Virus record (IMG/VR): IMGVR_UViG_2862611759_000001
Length of the DNA: 64,000 nt
Strand: one strand, 5' to 3'
Source of the DNA: a virus
Taxonomy: Duplodnaviria; Caudoviricetes
Shown here: piece after piece, positions 10,508-19,939 of the stretch
Position numbering within the stretch: position 1 is the first letter of the stretch
Layout of the letters: every line of letters starts with the position of its first letter
Position numbers and translations under genes: made by a program
The notes under the pieces: generated by a model
Told to the model about the DNA's origin: nothing
Databases searched by the model: none
Seen by the model: the letters and a program-made list of their open reading frames with translations, nothing else

Positions 10508-10909
10508 ATGAACAGCGGCATCTGGGCGGCCATCGCCACCGCGGTGCTCGCCCTGATCGGCACCGCCTACAACGCCCGACAGCAGCGCGCCGCCGCCCGC
10601 GACACCGCGCAGGAGACGGCGGCCGCCACCGTGGAAGCCGCCGAGGCCACGGCCGAAGTCGACCAACGCCAGCTCGACCAGGCCGCCTTCCACGCAATCC
10701 GGACCGCGCTCCAGGACCAGATCGACGGCCTCCGCGAAGAGATCGGCCAGCTCAAGGCCCAGGTCGCCGAGCTCGGCGAGCACGTCGAATCCCGCGAGCG
10801 GCTCCTACGCCAGGCCATGGTCCACGTCCGGGCCCAAAACCGGCTCCTCACCGCACACGGCATCACCCCCGAACCCGTACCGGCGGAACTGATCCCCTGG
10901 AGCATCTGA
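10508..10909 (+). CDS. Membrane-anchored coiled-coil lysis-cassette protein
   Basis: N-terminal TM helix then a long heptad coiled coil. GGAG RBS. Confidence 0.6.
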   Translation: MNSGIWAAIATAVLALIGTAYNARQQRAAARDTAQETAAATVEAAEATAEVDQRQLDQAAFHAIRTALQDQIDGLREEIGQLKAQVAELGEHVESRERLLRQAMVHVRAQNRLLTAHGITPEPVPAELIPWSI

Positions 10910-11073
10910 CCGCGCCGGAGGATCCCCGCCGGCTGTTGTCCTAGGAAAGTTCAAAGAAAATAAGTCGGTCAAGCAGGCCCATGAGCTCCGCACTCTACAA
11001 ATGCCTACAGCACAGTCCGTCGGCACCTGTACCTTCGATGGAACTGACCTCGTAGCGCCTGCGAGAGGGGCAC

Positions 11074-12030
11074 GTGATGACGATGTTGGACGAGCAGTCC
11101 GTGAAACGGCTGGCGTACATCCGGATGCTCTACGAGCAGGGAGTGTCTCAGGCCCGTCAGCCCCTGCCGATGGGATCGTCGAGCTTGCTCTCACTGCACG
11201 ATGCGGTGGAGATGTTCCTGGTTCTGACCTGTGATGTCCGGAGCGTTCCGGTCGACAAGAACACGACCTTCTTGGACTACTTCAAGAAGGCCAAGGACTT
11301 GAGCGGCGCGGCCGGCATGCGCAGGCTGAACGATGCTCGGAACGGGCTGAAGCACGCTGCGGGATTGCCGTCGGCCGACACGGTGGAGCAGGCCGTTCGC
11401 GACACCTTCGCATTCTTCGACGACAACGTCCCGCGCGTCTTCGACGCACCCTTGTGGTCGGTCGACACCTCGTACGTCATCCCTCAGGAGGAAGTCCGGA
11501 AGTGGGTCAGCCGAGCGTCGGAGCGATTCGAGGCGGACCAGGGAGGAGCGGGTCTCGCCTTGCTGCAGTTGGCTCTCCTGACGACCCTTCGGGACCCGTC
11601 CTGGCCTTACGGCTCCCTTCTGTCGAAGATCTCCCGAAGGGAAACGCACCTTCGGAAGCTGAGCGGCACCTTCAGGAAGATCTTCGACAGGAGCAACTTC
11701 CATGTCGGTGAGTTCAGCGGCCAGTTGGACCGGCTTGACGACACGGTCGGCGCCCTGCAGGACGCCATGCAGTGGCTGGTCCTGGGAGGCAGCCTGCACC
11801 ACTACGCCAGGTTCCAGGCTCTGACCCCTCGGAACATCTTCTGGGGAGGGGACCACGAGGACGAGGCCGCCATGGAGCGAGTGCTCACGAGCCGGGATGT
11901 CGTTGGGAGGAAGCCGACCAGAGAGGAGTTCGAATTCTGTCGGCAGTTCGTCGTAACGACTTCTCTCCGGAAGGCGGACATCGATGCGCACGTCGTGCCG
12001 CCGTCGTGGCGAGCGAGCGACGGGGGCTGA
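11074..12030 (+). CDS. Putative HEPN-domain protein (defence/Abi-like moron)
   Basis: Lower GC than flanks, AT-rich upstream region. HDAVEMFL helix followed by an R-x4-H motif (RNGLKH). Confidence 0.55.
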   Translation: MMTMLDEQSVKRLAYIRMLYEQGVSQARQPLPMGSSSLLSLHDAVEMFLVLTCDVRSVPVDKNTTFLDYFKKAKDLSGAAGMRRLNDARNGLKHAAGLPSADTVEQAVRDTFAFFDDNVPRVFDAPLWSVDTSYVIPQEEVRKWVSRASERFEADQGGAGLALLQLALLTTLRDPSWPYGSLLSKISRRETHLRKLSGTFRKIFDRSNFHVGEFSGQLDRLDDTVGALQDAMQWLVLGGSLHHYARFQALTPRNIFWGGDHEDEAAMERVLTSRDVVGRKPTREEFEFCRQFVVTTSLRKADIDAHVVPPSWRASDGG

Positions 12031-12222
12031 GCCATCCTCGGCCTGGCAGTGGATCCCCGCGAGTGACCCTCTGAGCTTAGGATCGCTCTCACAGAAGTCG
12101 TCTGCAACGGAACGACTGGTCGTCAGGTGCCCCCGAATGGTGGATGGTTCGGGGGTATCGGTACGTCTGGCTCCAGATAATGTTTCTTCTCAAGAGCCAA
12201 GATCACAGGAGGGGAGAGCGCC

Positions 12223-12537
12223 ATGAGCACGACCACTCCCGCGCCGGACCGGACGCACGACTTCGGCCCCGGCCGACGGTTCTGGGGACACGACTACTCC
12301 ATCAGCCGGGTCACGGACAGCGGTCAGCGCGTCCAGGCCTCGGGCTGGGGTCACGACGGCACCCTGATCCGCGAGGGCGACTTCCTGCTTCTGGAGGCGC
12401 GCGGCGGCCGGCGCTGTACCCGGTACCGGGTGGAGAGCATCGAGCACGTGATGGACCCTGCGGACATGTGGCACGCCGAGCTGGTCTTCGACCCGCGCAC
12501 GTACGCCACCCAGGAGGAGAAGGACGCCGCCCGATGA
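12223..12537 (+). CDS. Hypothetical protein
   Basis: GGAGGGGAG RBS, phage-like codon usage. Confidence 0.6.
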   Translation: MSTTTPAPDRTHDFGPGRRFWGHDYSISRVTDSGQRVQASGWGHDGTLIREGDFLLLEARGGRRCTRYRVESIEHVMDPADMWHAELVFDPRTYATQEEKDAAR

Positions 12538-12935
12538 GCGAGGTCTTCCTGCGGCTCCTGCCGCACTGCCCGAAGCCGGTGGAGGTCGAGGACCGCGTCG
12601 GGGACCGCACCTACGTCGCGGAGGTGTGCGGATGCCCTGTTGAGCGAGGCCCTGCAACGCCCGTGCACTGGTTGCTGGAGCACGGGCGCGAGATGCACTG
12701 CCCGCATGGTCCGCGCCACCCAGTCCTCTTCACGACCACCGGCCGACCGATGCTGAAGGCGACCGCTGGCGGCACCGCCTGCGCATCGTGCGCCGCCGGG
12801 CTCTACAGCCATCACCGGGTCCGGCGCCTCGACGTCGATGTGCTCTGCTGCTACTGCGGCGGCCCGGCAGAGGCGGGTGACGGATGGTACCTGAAGACGC
12901 ACCCGGCGCTCGGAGTTCCTGGGGCACGCCGGTGA
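12534..12935 (+). CDS. Cys/His-rich hypothetical protein (possible Zn-binding)
   Basis: ATGA overlap. CxxC pairs (CASC, CCYC). Confidence 0.5.
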   Translation: MSEVFLRLLPHCPKPVEVEDRVGDRTYVAEVCGCPVERGPATPVHWLLEHGREMHCPHGPRHPVLFTTTGRPMLKATAGGTACASCAAGLYSHHRVRRLDVDVLCCYCGGPAEAGDGWYLKTHPALGVPGARR

Positions 12936-14101
12936 ACAGCGACGACGACATCGTGGACGCGGAGATCGTCGGCGACCTCGTGCCCGTGCGCGGCCAACTC
13001 GTCGCCCCGCTGGGGGAGCCGGAGGCGGACCCTGACGCCTGGCTGCCTCCGGAGGCGGAGGAGGACGTCCAGGCCGGCATCCCCTGGTCGACCGAGCGGG
13101 CGTATGGCGGGGACATGCTGCGCTTCGCCGAGTGGTGTGCGGTCGTCGGCCGGCGCCCGATGCCCGCGGCGCCGCAGACGGTGACGGCGTACCTGTCGCA
13201 CCTGAAGCGGACACCGCGGGAGAAGACCGGTCTCCCGTACAGCCCTTCCTCCATGGGGCGGGTCATCGCGTCGATCCGGGCCGCGCACCGGGCCGAGGGG
13301 CACAAGCCGCCGGACACGATGGGCGCGCGGAAGGTGGTGCGCGGGTATCAGGCTGAGCTGTCGGTGGCGAAGGACCCGCGCGCGATGCCGAGCAAGGCGA
13401 GTGCCGCCGACCGCACCGTGCTCGCCGACGCGCTCGCGCTGCTCGACCGGCAGACGCTGGCCGGGCGCCGGGACGCGGCGCTGATGCTGCTCGGGCACGC
13501 GCTGATGTCGCGCGGCAGCGAGCTGGTGCCGCTGGACTGGCCGGCGAGCTTCACGGAGGCCGACGGCGGGGGGCTCCTCGTCCGTGTGTACCGGAAGAAG
13601 AGAAAGAAGTGGCAGGAGGTCGAGGTGCCGCTCGACCCGGAGCCCGAGCTGTGCGCCGTGCGGTCGGTCCGCGCGCTGGTCGCCGAGATGGAGGCCGCTC
13701 TGGCGGGCGAGGACCGTACGGCCTTCCCGCTGTTCCAGCGCATCGACCGGTACGGCTACCTGGCGCCGGAGATGACACGGGGCGGCGAGCCGATTGGGGA
13801 CCCGTCGGGGCGGATGACGGAAGAGGCCGCGTCGGATGTCGTCGACCGCTCCATCCGGCGCACGGGCCGGCCGGGGAAATGGACCTCGCACGCGCTGCGC
13901 CGCGGCGGGGTGAAGTCGGCGCGGGACGCCGGCGCGGACATCGTCGACATCGGCCGGCACGGCGGGTGGGACGACCGGTCGAAGGCGCTGATCGGCTACA
14001 TCGACGAGGAGGACAGCAAGGGAGCGCGGAACCCGTTGGTGAAGATCGGCCAGGCTGCCCAGGAGCGAGCGCAGAAGAACCGCGGCGGCACCTCCTTGTG
14101 A
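12932..14101 (+). CDS. Cre-like tyrosine recombinase
   Basis: Core-binding N-terminus (STERAYGGDMLRFAEWC). Complete catalytic set: R (SRGSEL), HALRRGG, GRHGGW, Tyr in IGYID. Confidence 0.88.
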   Translation: MNSDDDIVDAEIVGDLVPVRGQLVAPLGEPEADPDAWLPPEAEEDVQAGIPWSTERAYGGDMLRFAEWCAVVGRRPMPAAPQTVTAYLSHLKRTPREKTGLPYSPSSMGRVIASIRAAHRAEGHKPPDTMGARKVVRGYQAELSVAKDPRAMPSKASAADRTVLADALALLDRQTLAGRRDAALMLLGHALMSRGSELVPLDWPASFTEADGGGLLVRVYRKKRKKWQEVEVPLDPEPELCAVRSVRALVAEMEAALAGEDRTAFPLFQRIDRYGYLAPEMTRGGEPIGDPSGRMTEEAASDVVDRSIRRTGRPGKWTSHALRRGGVKSARDAGADIVDIGRHGGWDDRSKALIGYIDEEDSKGARNPLVKIGQAAQERAQKNRGGTSL

Positions 14102-14168
14102 CGCACGAGGACGCCGTCGCGCGCCCCCGCCCGTACGATCCACTCGGGGTGGGTGGAAGGAGAGTCGG

Positions 14169-15320
14169 GTGGGCCAGACGTACGATGCGCCCTCGGTGCG
14201 GCAGGTCGCGGAGGCCGTAGAGCGGATCGCTCCTCGGGACCGGGAGCTGTGGGACGGCCGGGAGCCGGTTCCCGGCGTCGGGGGTGTCCCTGTGCAGGTG
14301 TCGCGTTCGCGGGCGGATCAGCTCTGGATGGTCGTGGGGATGCTCGACCGGGCGGTCGGCCGCGAGGAGATCCCCGCGCACGCGCGGCGGTCGGCGGCGC
14401 GGTTGTTCACCAGGCCGGCGCTTCGGGCGTTCTGGGAGCTCGCCGAGGCGGGTGAGCTGCGGGCCCGCGCGGAGGATGTGGGCCGGCCCTTGCCGGTGGC
14501 GACGCTGCGGATCGTACGGGACGTCCTGGCGCTGCTGGCCGACCTGGCGGTACCGGAGAAGGCGGTGTGGCTGCCGGTGGTCGAGCAGCCCGAGCTGAAG
14601 GACACGGTGCCGGCGCGGGACCGGGCGGCTCTGTACCGGGGGCTGGCGGACCTGGCCGCGCATGGGCCGCTGCAGCGCGGCGGGATCGGCATGTCGGGGC
14701 CGGAGCGGGACCGGGTCCTGGCGATGGTCGGGATCGTGCTGGACTCGGGCTCTCGCTCGGGGGAGCTGGCGGCGCTGCGGTTGACGGACCTGGCCGAGGG
14801 CCTGGCGGCCGTCGGGATCCGGCGGCGGCCTCAGCGGGCGTCGGCGTCGCGGATCGGGGAGATCGCCGCCCTGGCAGAGGTGCATCCGTCGGCGGTGGAG
14901 GCGGTGCTGTACGGGTGGGGGTCCCAGCGTTCAGAGGCGACGCGGCAGCGGGTGCTGGCGGCGGTCGGCGAGCTGGAGCCGGTACCCGAGGTCGAGTGGT
15001 ACGAGCTGTCTGCAGGCACTCGGGTGGCGGTGCGGCGGTGGCTGGAGTCCCGGCAGCAGGTGGTCGACGCGCTGCCGTTGGAGGGCGGCCGGTCGGGGCT
15101 GTGGGTGACGCTGCGCGCGACCACGGTGGGCCCGCCGGGCGTGACGCTGCAGCACAAGGGAGTGATGGCGGCGTACGCGAAGGGCGTGACGGCACTGAAC
15201 TTCTCGATGGCCGGCCGCTACGGGTGGTCTCCGCTGCCGACGACGATGGAGCAGTTGCGGCGGGCGGTCGACGCGGTGCCGCTGGACGTGCGCCGGGCGC
15301 GGGCGCTCGGGGTGGCGTAA
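14169..15320 (+). CDS. Tyrosine-recombinase-like protein lacking the catalytic Tyr, with an inserted LacI-type HTH
   Basis: Box I DSGSRSGELAALRLTDL. Degenerate box II (EQLRR), then the protein ends with no Tyr. Internal IGEIAALAEVHPSAVEAVL...SEATRQRVLAAVGEL. Confidence 0.6.
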   Translation: MGQTYDAPSVRQVAEAVERIAPRDRELWDGREPVPGVGGVPVQVSRSRADQLWMVVGMLDRAVGREEIPAHARRSAARLFTRPALRAFWELAEAGELRARAEDVGRPLPVATLRIVRDVLALLADLAVPEKAVWLPVVEQPELKDTVPARDRAALYRGLADLAAHGPLQRGGIGMSGPERDRVLAMVGIVLDSGSRSGELAALRLTDLAEGLAAVGIRRRPQRASASRIGEIAALAEVHPSAVEAVLYGWGSQRSEATRQRVLAAVGELEPVPEVEWYELSAGTRVAVRRWLESRQQVVDALPLEGGRSGLWVTLRATTVGPPGVTLQHKGVMAAYAKGVTALNFSMAGRYGWSPLPTTMEQLRRAVDAVPLDVRRARALGVA

Positions 15321-15508
15321 CCCGTACGGCTCGTACTCACGGGCCCGTTGACGGCGGGCGGCATACGGTCGTTGTGACACCCCCCAGGACGGGTGTGCCC
15401 CGAGGGCGGGCCCCGCGTACTTCGCACGGCGCGGGGCCGCTCCTTGAAGGGGGTGGCGGCCTGGTGAAGGGTTCAGCTAGGCTGCGCTTGCGCGATACGT
15501 GTGAACTT

Positions 15509-15545
15509 CGAAGGCCACCTCCCCGGTTCGGGGTGGTGGCCTTCG
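15509..15545. terminator. Bidirectional terminator hairpin between convergent genes
   Basis: CGAAGGCCACC-TCCCCG-GTT-CGGGGT-GGTGGCCTTCG inverted repeat. Confidence 0.65.
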
Positions 15546-15558
15546 CCATGCTGCGTGG

Positions 15559-15936
15559 TCAGCGCGCGGTGCGGATGGTGATGCCGTGCCGCGCGGCCAT
15601 CTCCAGGCACCGCTGGCAGGACACCGTCAGCTCGGGGCTTTCGTAGAGGCCCCAGAACTTCGCCTGGGGCTTGCAGAGCGCGTCGCCGGTGCTGCGGTTG
15701 AGGCGGCCGGAGTGGAGCGGCTGGTCGAGGACGGCGTGCTCGCCATTGTTCATGTTCGGGCCCTGCCGCAGGTGGTAGGCGGTACGTACGTGGGCGGACG
15801 GCACCTGCGGGTCCACGGGCGGAAGCTGGCGGGCCTCCAGGTACGGCGTGGTCGTCGGAGGGATCGGATCTTTGGCGTCCGGGTGGTCTCGTTCGTACGC
15901 GTTCTTCATGGCGTCGAAGATGCTCTGGAAGCTCAT
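15559..15936 (-). CDS. Hypothetical protein with a C-terminal Cys cluster
   Basis: AGGAG RBS just after the WYL gene. ALCK...SCQRC. Confidence 0.6.
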   Translation of the reverse strand: MSFQSIFDAMKNAYERDHPDAKDPIPPTTTPYLEARQLPPVDPQVPSAHVRTAYHLRQGPNMNNGEHAVLDQPLHSGRLNRSTGDALCKPQAKFWGLYESPELTVSCQRCLEMAARHGITIRTAR

Positions 15937-15944
15937 GCCTGCTC

Positions 15945-16394
15945 CTACGCGGCGAGGTCGGCGTCGGTCTGGGTGAGGGGGCGGCGGGGGCGGTAGTCGG
16001 CGTCGTCGCGGTCGCGCTCCAGCTCGAAGTGGATGAGCGCGGTCTCGTCGTGTGCGGGAGCGGAAGGGGTGGGCTCGTAGGTGGTGTTCGTGGGGATGGC
16101 GAGCGTGTGGGCGATGCGGTGGACGGTGTAGGTGAGGATCCCGGCGAGGTGGAACTCGCGGGCCTCGCCTCGCAGGCGGCACATGGCCACGACCACGATG
16201 TCGCCGCCCTTCACGGTGCCGTCCTTGGCGATGCGGGCGGTGGTGGTGCGCAGCTCGTGGATCTCGACGGTGCGGACGGTGGGCTCGGTCTCGCCGGGCT
16301 TGAGGTAGGTGATGGTGACGGCGTGCTGGCGGTCGATGGCGCGGTAGAGGTCGGTGAGGGTGCGGGTGGTGGTCTGGCGGTTGGTGTGCTTCAT
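15945..16394 (-). CDS. Stand-alone WYL-domain protein
   Basis: LYRAIDRQHAVTITY...RTVEIHEL...VVAMCRLRGEAREFHLAGI fits the WYL pattern. No HTH. Confidence 0.75.
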   Translation of the reverse strand: MKHTNRQTTTRTLTDLYRAIDRQHAVTITYLKPGETEPTVRTVEIHELRTTTARIAKDGTVKGGDIVVVAMCRLRGEAREFHLAGILTYTVHRIAHTLAIPTNTTYEPTPSAPAHDETALIHFELERDRDDADYRPRRPLTQTDADLAA

Positions 16395-16427
16395 CGGTGC
16401 CCCCGTCTTCGTGGTGTGACTCCACTC

Positions 16428-16465
16428 TACCCATAACCTATTGCGTGCACAATAGGTTATGGGTA
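16428..16465. promoter_or_regulatory. Palindromic operator O1 overlapping back-to-back promoters
   Basis: TACCCATAACCTATTG-CGTGCA-CAATAGGTTATGGGTA. Rightward TTGCGT-17-TAATCT, leftward TTGTGC-17-TAGAGT. Confidence 0.8.
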
Positions 16466-16505
16466 ATCTTGGCGTCGCAGGGCCACCCCGGCCCGGCACG
16501 TGAGT

Positions 16506-16537
16506 CCATAACCTATGGCTCGCGCAATAGAAGATGG
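16506..16537. promoter_or_regulatory. Degenerate operator O2
   Basis: CCATAACCTATGG-CTCGCG-CAATAGAAGATGG, 75 bp from O1. Confidence 0.7.
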
Positions 16538-16615
16538 GAGACTGTGATGGCCCACGCCCCCACGCGCCCTCCGGCCGGACCTCGGACCCGAAGGCGCATG
16601 CCGGAAGGACCCACC

Positions 16616-17104
16616 ATGGCCCGCTCCACCTCCGAGTCGATCCGCGCCCGCCTCGTCGTCGCCTCCGACAAGCTCCGCCCGACGGACCCGCTCCTCGCCG
16701 ACGCGCTCGACGAGGTTCTGGCCCCCCGCGGCTGGGAACTGCTGAAGCTGAAGCCGGCCACCAGGAGCGGCGGCAACCCCAACCTGGCGATCCCCATGCC
16801 CCGCGACGTGCGTGAGCAGCTGAAGGCCCTGGCCTCCGAGTCGCTGACCGCTGACGTGAACGAGGCCTTCACCGCCTTCCTCGCTGGCAAGTTCGTCCCC
16901 GACGCCCCGGTCCGCGCCCGCCGCAACTCCGGCGCCACCGCCGAAACCGTCAACCTGAACGTCACGCCGGACCGCGACCTGATGCAGCAGGTCAAGGACA
17001 TCGCCCCGGAGCGGACCCAGGAGTACGGCTGGACGGTCACGCCGGCGCGGGTCGCCGCGGCGTACCTGCTGCAGAAGCACAACATCACCACGGCGAAGGC
17101 GTAA
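16616..17104 (+). CDS. Putative repressor / DNA-binding protein (tandem ribbon-helix-helix-like)
   Basis: Two strand-helix repeats (NLAIPMPRDVREQLK; NLNVTPDRDLMQQVK). First gene downstream of O1/O2. Confidence 0.5.
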   Translation: MARSTSESIRARLVVASDKLRPTDPLLADALDEVLAPRGWELLKLKPATRSGGNPNLAIPMPRDVREQLKALASESLTADVNEAFTAFLAGKFVPDAPVRARRNSGATAETVNLNVTPDRDLMQQVKDIAPERTQEYGWTVTPARVAAAYLLQKHNITTAKA

Positions 17105-17189
17105 CGCCGGCGCGCGGCCCCCGGGCCTGGACGCCGACAACCGGGCCCCTTGCCGCACAGCACTGCCACAACCCCATAGGAGAGACCTC

Positions 17190-18188
17190 ATGGCCACGGC
17201 CACCGAGGCCCCCGCCAGCAAGACGGCGGAGGGTCCGACCCAGCACGTCCCGAACCAGCGCGAAGAACTCACCTTCGTGGACGCCACCCGGCCCGCGACG
17301 AACGCCATGATCGCCCTGACCGGCCCGGCCAACGCGGGGAAGTCCTACACCGCCCTGGCCATGGCCGCGGGCATGGGCACGAACATCGGCGTCTGCGACA
17401 CCGAGCGCGGGCGTGCCAGCCACTACGCCAGCCTGTTCCCCTTCAAGCACCTGCGGATGCCGGACTTCCGCCCGCAGACCCTGGTACGGGCGCTCGCCGT
17501 CGGCGCGCGGCAGGGCATCGACGTCATGATCATCGACTCCGGCACGCACTACTGGTCCGGGCGAGGCGGCGTCCTTGAACAGGTCGACCGCACGACCAGC
17601 GCCTCCCGCTCCAACAACGCCTTCACCTCGGGCTGGAAGACCATCAAGCCGGTCGAGCACGAGATGTGGGACGCCGTCATGGCCTACCCCGGTCACGTGA
17701 TCATGACCCTGCGGGTCAAGACGGCGTACGAGCTGGTCACCAATAAGAACGGCGGGGTCGAGCCCAAGAAGGTCGGGCTGAAGCCGGACCAGCGGGCAGA
17801 CGCCGAGTACGAGTTCGACTTCGTCGGCGACCTCGACATGGAACACACCATGACCGTCTCGAAGTGCTCCTACCCGGGCCTGTTCGAGTCCGGCGAGCGG
17901 ATCGAGCTGCCCAACACCGAGACCGGCAACAAGATCGTGCGGTGGCTCAGCGAGGGCACGCCGATGCCCACCGTGCAGGACTACGTCGCCAAGGCCCTGA
18001 ACCCGGAGACGACCTACGAGCAGCTGCTCGCCCTGTACCGGGGCGAGCTGTCCCAGCGAGGCCTCCTGGGCGCTGCCCTGTTCGCCCCGGACACCCAGGA
18101 GCTGACCACTCTCGGCGGGCTGATCAGCCGCATCGGCGGTGCGCGCAAGGCCGCCGCGGACGGGAACGACCACGAGAGGAGTGCCTGA
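17190..18188 (+). CDS. AAA_24 / Sak4-like P-loop ATPase (recombination)
   Basis: Walker A GPANAGKS, DTERG, IIDSGTHYW, EYEFD. Confidence 0.8.
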   Translation: MATATEAPASKTAEGPTQHVPNQREELTFVDATRPATNAMIALTGPANAGKSYTALAMAAGMGTNIGVCDTERGRASHYASLFPFKHLRMPDFRPQTLVRALAVGARQGIDVMIIDSGTHYWSGRGGVLEQVDRTTSASRSNNAFTSGWKTIKPVEHEMWDAVMAYPGHVIMTLRVKTAYELVTNKNGGVEPKKVGLKPDQRADAEYEFDFVGDLDMEHTMTVSKCSYPGLFESGERIELPNTETGNKIVRWLSEGTPMPTVQDYVAKALNPETTYEQLLALYRGELSQRGLLGAALFAPDTQELTTLGGLISRIGGARKAAADGNDHERSA

Positions 18189-19939
18189 TGCCGCCCCAGA
18201 TGCTGAAGAAGCGCCGTACCGCCACACATCGCCCGGCCGTCAGGCGCCGCCGGTTCCGCCACGACGAGGTGACGGCGGTCGACCTGTTCTCCGGCTTCGG
18301 GGGACTGACCAAGGGCCTCTCCCTGGCCGGTGTCACGACGATCATGGCGGCGAACCACAACGCCTACAAGGTCGAGGTCCACGAGGCGAACCACCCCGAG
18401 GCCGAGCACTGGATCGCCGACCTGGTCGACCCGGAGGCCGCGGACTACCACTCGGCCCGGGACCTTCCCCCTGCCGACTTCCTGGCGGCCGGCGTGAGCT
18501 GCGTGAACCACTCCCAGGCCAACACGATCAAGGCGTACGAGCAGGGCGTGGGCCTGTTCGAGCTGGAGGACCCCGACTACGAGGCGCGCGTCACCCGCTC
18601 CGAGCGGGACCGGGCCACCGCGAACTGCGTGCTGCACTACGCCGCGCAGCACCGCCCCCGGCTGATCCTCGTCGAGTGCACGACCGAGCTGACCTCATGG
18701 GGCCCCGCAGTCCAGGGCCGCCGGAAGGTGGGCGACGGGTCGACGTACCGCTGGTGGCTGAAGCAGTTCGACATCCTCGGCTACAACCACAAGGTCCTGT
18801 ACCTCAACAGCCAGTTCTTCGGGGTGCCGCAGTCCCGCGACCGGGCCTACTGGGCGTTCTGGGACCGGTCCCTGCCCACGCCGGACCTGGAGCACCGTCC
18901 GGTGTCCCACTGCCTGCACTGCGACAAGGACGTCGAGGCCGTGTGGACCTGGCGCACGGGTATCCCGCCGACCGGGTCGGTGCGCTACGGCAAGCAGTAC
19001 GAGTACCGGTGCCCGAGCTGCCGCCGGCCGGTCGTCCCGCCGATGACGCCGTCGCTGGCCGCGCTGGACCTGAGCACGCTCGGCACCCGGATCGGGGACC
19101 GGCCCAGGCCGCTCGCGGCCGCGACGATGGCGCGCGCGGAACGCTGCCGCCAGCGGTTCGCCGACTTCCCGGCCGTCCTCATGCCCGCCAAGGCCGTTTA
19201 CGGCTCCGAGCGGCATCCCTGGCAGCCGCTGGCGACCCAGACCAGCCAGCAGGAGACGTCGATCCTCTCGACCGGCGCCATCATGGCCGCGGCCGGGAAC
19301 ACCTTCGAGCGGCCCGGCTCCAACTGCCGCTCGCGGGGCTTCGACGAACCCCTGTGGGCACAGCCGGCCACCAACACCACCGGCATCATCACCCCGCCCA
19401 TCGCGCTCGCCGTGGACAACTACCAGGGCGGTCCGCGCGGCGCCGGGGAGCCCCTGCCCACCCAGGTCGGCTCGGAGACCCTCGCCGTGGTGTCCTCCGG
19501 GATCATCCCGTTCCGCAAGAACACGGTCCCCACCGTGCACGGCGAGGCCATGCCGACGTTCACCTCCGACCAGATCCCCGGCCTGCTCACCGCGGCCGGC
19601 TGGTTCAAGCAGAACGGGCCCCTCGGCAACGAGACCGCACCGCACCCGCTGCTCGACCCGCTCGGCACCCTCACCACCCGCGACACCACGGCACTGCTCA
19701 CGGCCGAGTGGCGGGCATCCCTGGCCGACCTGCCGCTGGAGGAGTGCTACTTCCGCATGATGGCCGCCCACGAGGTCGGCCGCGGCTGCGGCTTCGACGT
19801 CGACTTCGCCGACTACAGCGGCACCTTCAAGGTCTGGGGCTCAGCCCGCAACCAGGTCGACGGCTTCGGCAACGCCGTCTCCCCCCAGGTAGGCGCCTGG
19901 ATCGGCACCCGCCTGCGCGCCATCCTCCACGCCGCCTGA
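18188..19939 (+). CDS. DNA (cytosine-5) methyltransferase
   Basis: Motif I DLFSGFGG, motif IV variant AGVSC, VEC, GVPQSRDR, terminal GNAV. Inserted CxxC pairs. Confidence 0.85.
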   Translation: MPPQMLKKRRTATHRPAVRRRRFRHDEVTAVDLFSGFGGLTKGLSLAGVTTIMAANHNAYKVEVHEANHPEAEHWIADLVDPEAADYHSARDLPPADFLAAGVSCVNHSQANTIKAYEQGVGLFELEDPDYEARVTRSERDRATANCVLHYAAQHRPRLILVECTTELTSWGPAVQGRRKVGDGSTYRWWLKQFDILGYNHKVLYLNSQFFGVPQSRDRAYWAFWDRSLPTPDLEHRPVSHCLHCDKDVEAVWTWRTGIPPTGSVRYGKQYEYRCPSCRRPVVPPMTPSLAALDLSTLGTRIGDRPRPLAAATMARAERCRQRFADFPAVLMPAKAVYGSERHPWQPLATQTSQQETSILSTGAIMAAAGNTFERPGSNCRSRGFDEPLWAQPATNTTGIITPPIALAVDNYQGGPRGAGEPLPTQVGSETLAVVSSGIIPFRKNTVPTVHGEAMPTFTSDQIPGLLTAAGWFKQNGPLGNETAPHPLLDPLGTLTTRDTTALLTAEWRASLADLPLEECYFRMMAAHEVGRGCGFDVDFADYSGTFKVWGSARNQVDGFGNAVSPQVGAWIGTRLRAILHAA

